Shown: positions 8,871-11,902 of the stretch, piece after piece
Position numbering within the stretch: the stretch's first letter is position 1
Layout: each line of letters starts with the position of its first letter
NCBI GenBank assembly: GCA_040081625.1
Contig: JBEBGD010000141.1
Location: 1-11,902, forward strand
DNA from: Chthoniobacteraceae bacterium
GTDB taxonomy: Bacteria; Verrucomicrobiota; Verrucomicrobiia; Chthoniobacterales; Chthoniobacteraceae
Direction: 5' to 3'
Length of the DNA: 11,902 bases
Position numbers and translations under genes: made by a program
The notes under the pieces: model-generated
What the model was told of the DNA's origin: nothing
What the model saw: the letters and a program-made list of their open reading frames with translations, nothing else
Databases searched by the model: none

Positions 8871-11760
8871 CTACGGCACGTCGGTGAGGATGATCGCCTG
8901 CGTCTTGTCGGTGAAGGTCGCCAGCCACACCACCTGCCCGGCGTCGTTGAAACTGCGCGTCACGCCGGTGTTGCCCACGGTGGGAGTTAGCAGCGCGAAG
9001 CTCTTGAGCGTCTTCGCGCCGATCGCGTCGCCGGTGCGGAAGAGCGTGCGCAGCGTGCCGTGGTAGTCCATCGCCCACACGCCGCTCGCGGTCGCCTTGG
9101 TCACGCCGCCTTTGTTAGCGACCAGCGTCGCACTGAAGAGCGGGCCGCGATTCGCAGCGATGGCCAGCGAGGAGAAGGCCTTCCACTGCGCGCCGGCGGG
9201 GAGGTCGCTCGGCGCGCCTCCGTCCGTCGCGCCGCCTTGGGCCAGTAGCGTCAGCCCGCGGGTCGGCCCGCGGGGTTCGTTCCCTTCCGCAGGCGCCATC
9301 GCCCGCGAGCCGCCACTCTGCCACCATAGCGTGCTCGCCCCTGGTCCATTGCCGACCACCCTCGCGGGGAAGGCCACGCCTCCGTCTGCGGCCAGCACTG
9401 GGTGCTCCAGGCTGCCGTAAGTTTTTCCACCCTCGGGCGTGGGATCACCCACCGCCGCGATCCGCTGGTATCCCCTTTCGTCCAGGTTCACCAACACGCC
9501 GGGCCGCGGACCGCGGTCGGATGCGGTCGCGGCGACCGTGGCTCCGTGCCCGGCGGCATTGACCGCTGGCAGACCGAGCCCACAAACCACCAGGAGGGAC
9601 GGAGGTATGATCGTATCGCCGTCGATCAGGCTGGCCACATAGACAATCCCATTCACCAGCGCCGCGCTCACAGCGGCCTGCGACTTGTCGGTATAAAGCA
9701 CCCGCGCCAGCACTCTCGGAAAGCGATCGATCACCAGCCAGCCGCGCCCCTGCCCGCGCGATCCGGGACTCGAGTCGAAGGCGGTCAGGCTCTTGATCGT
9801 CCGGGTGCCTGCTTTTTCGCCTTCGCGCAGCATCAGCACCAGGGGGTTCGCCCCGTCCTTCACCCACACGCCGAGGTCTGTCGCCTTGCTCGATGCCAGT
9901 TGCGCCGCGAAGCCTATCACTCCGCCGCGCACTTCCACCGACGTGAACTTCTTGAACTTCGCGCCGTCCCCGGTCGCCACGTCGCCCGTCCGGGCGATCA
10001 CCGACTGGACCACGGGCGGGGCGGCGCCCTCAGGCGCTGCGAACGAGGCCACCATGCTGCTCAGGATCGCCGAGTTGGCCGCCTTCGGCACGCCCGCCAA
10101 TGTGATGATAGACACCACCTGCCCGGCATCGATGACCGGATCGCTGAAGCCCGCATAGGTCGCGCCGTTCACGCCGGGCACCGGACCGCCCACGATCCCG
10201 ACGCACGCCGTGCCGGTGAAGAGCCCGCTCCCTTTTCCACCCGTCGCGCTCGTCCACTTCGCGGTGAAGGCCACGTTCCCCGCGTCATCGATCGCCGGCG
10301 GGCCGAAGCTCGCCAGCAGCGCATCCGCGGGCAGCCCGTTGGTCCCGCGTCCGGGCGCGGGCTGGCCCTGCGCGAAGAGCGACGTATTCACCGGGTCGGT
10401 CGAGGGAACCGTCACGTCGAAGTCGAGCGTCCCCACATTCCCCGCGAGATCGGTCGCCGTCAGCGTGATCTGCTGTGGGTTCGCCGTGAAGATTCCCGTC
10501 GCCGGCGTTTGCGTCAGCGTCCCGGGGTTCGCGTCGTTCACCATCGCCTGCGGCGTGTAGTCGGGGATCCCGTCGCCCGCATTCACGCTCAGCGGCGCGA
10601 AGTTCCCGCTGATCACCGGCGCGGTCTTGTCCATCGTCACGCTCTGCCCGGTGAAAGGCAGCGTGGTGGAGGGCGGGATCGTCATGCCCGTCGAGTTGGC
10701 AAAGACCAGCGCGAGATCTCCGTCGCTGCCGCCCGTGCTCACCGGCAACGTCCACGTGGTCCCGCCGTCCGTCGTCGTCGGCGTGCCCACGCTTGCCCCG
10801 CTGGCCGCCGCGCCGGCGGGGGAGAAGTTGCCCGAGGTCACGCCCTCGGCGGGCTTGTCGAAGGTCAGCGTCCAGCTCACCATCGCCGCATTCGAGACCG
10901 CGCCGCCCACGCGATTCAGCGAGACGATCGCCAGCGGCGGCTGCTGCCGCGTCACCGTCACCACATACGTGCCGTGGCTGCCGTTTTGCGCGCACACGTC
11001 GAGGGTGATTACATTCTCCCCGACCGCGAGGGAGTAGTAGCCGTCGCTCAGGCCGTCCACTTCCGTGGCAGCGCCCGAGCCGACCCGGCCCGAGACGAGG
11101 GCATTCTGGGAGGTGGCCGGGGAACGGAGCCGGATGGTCCCGGTCGTATTCGGCACCGTGATCGCGTAGCTGGCCGAGCCATTGAAGACCGGCGTGAGCG
11201 GCCCGCTCGGCGTCGTCAGGTCGCTCAGCGTCGAGTCCGTCGCCGCATCGCCGATCTGCAGCGTGATGATGTAGCTGGCGCTGCCGTAAGTAGTGCCCCC
11301 GCCGATCGGCGCTCCGGTCATGGGGTCGATGAAAATGCCGAGCTCGCTCGCCGCCTCGAGGCCCACGGAGAACATCTGGGCTCCACATCGGGTGGAGGCC
11401 GACACAGGCAGCGTGCCGTTCCCGTCCACCGTGATTGCGCTCAGTTCCCGGAAGGGCGGGCTCTGGCTGCTAGAATAAGTCATAGGCTGGGGCATGGTGA
11501 TGTCCCCCCCGGCCGGCGGTGCCGCCATGTAGTTGGTGATCTCCAACGTCCCCGAGGTCACCGTCTTGCCCGCCGGCAGGGTGAAGTTGAGTCTGTCCCT
11601 GATGCTGGCCGCGTTCACCGTGCCCATGATCACGATCGTGCCCGCCGCCGGCGTGGCCACCGTCCGATTCTGCCCGAAATCCCCCACCGTCAGCTCCGGC
11701 GTGCCATCATAGGTCACCGTCTCCGCCGTGTAGGTGAAAAGCCCCGTCCCCGTCCCCGTC
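8871..11760 (-). CDS. Large modular surface/secreted protein: beta-rich domain, cadherin-like domain, Ig-like domain, HYR-like domain and C-terminal NxxGxxAF-type repeat region; true 5' end uncertain or missing
   Basis: T/G/A/V-rich long ORF. Cadherin-like beta sandwich DSTLSDL...LTPVFNG..SYAITVP...LAVGENVITLDVCAQNGSHGTYVVTVTR (~11237-10947). Ig-like VSWTLTFDKPAEGVT...TWTLPV (~10935-10635). HYR-like DKTAPVI...ITLTATDLAGNVGTLDFDVTV (~10632-10410). Repeats PAIDDAGNVAF, PVIDAGQVV, PAVNAAGHGA, PVLAADGGVAF, SFNDAGQVVW (~10385-8874). The frame stays open to the window edge, but the portion above ~11760 does not look like the real protein and has no signal peptide. Confidence 0.8.
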
Positions 11761-11766
11761 CCTGTT
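11743..11766. repeat. Hexamer tandem repeat (CCCGTC)3 plus a degenerate copy CCTGTT
   Basis: Read directly. Encodes TGTGTGTG on the minus strand and PVPVPVPV on the plus strand. Confidence 0.85.
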
Positions 11767-11902
11767 GCGGTGGACGAGGGGGCGGGGACGGGGGGCGACC
11801 GGGCGCTGCAGCGGGCGCCGCGCGCCGCGCCCGCCAGCGACCTGCGCCCGCTGTCCGACCGCTTCGGCCGGGGCGTCGTCATTGTGATGGACGACGACGA
11901 CG

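Noticed and set aside
9300..9725. Diversity-generating retroelement variable region
   Set aside because: No reverse transcriptase or template repeat is in the window, and the patch is internal rather than a C-terminal CLec-type site.

Overview
GC-rich bacterial DNA, most likely Verrucomicrobiota (Chthoniobacter-like; my inference from protein style, not a search result). Left to right: (1) the 3' end of an SGNH/GDSL-hydrolase gene overlapping (ATGA) a NodU/CmcH/SxtI-type O-carbamoyltransferase (real start 424, not 4), followed by an SxtJ-like membrane protein; (2) a convergent, stand-alone single-chain glycine decarboxylase gcvP that looks leaderless; (3) a divergent 71-aa DUF4032-like gene, then a PyrR-binding RNA hairpin abutting the start of a pyrR-pyrB-pyrC operon joined by ATGA overlaps; (4) an 11-bp perfect hairpin; (5) a large convergent Ig/cadherin-like plus NxxGxxAF-repeat surface protein whose 5' end is probably missing. 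Coding signal appears to switch strand at a (CCCGTC)3 repeat near the window end, suggesting a chimeric junction. Mostly housekeeping DNA. The best leads are the SGNH/carbamoyltransferase/SxtJ cassette, translational PyrR control and the mosaic surface protein. No CRISPR, tRNA, rRNA or mobile element was seen.
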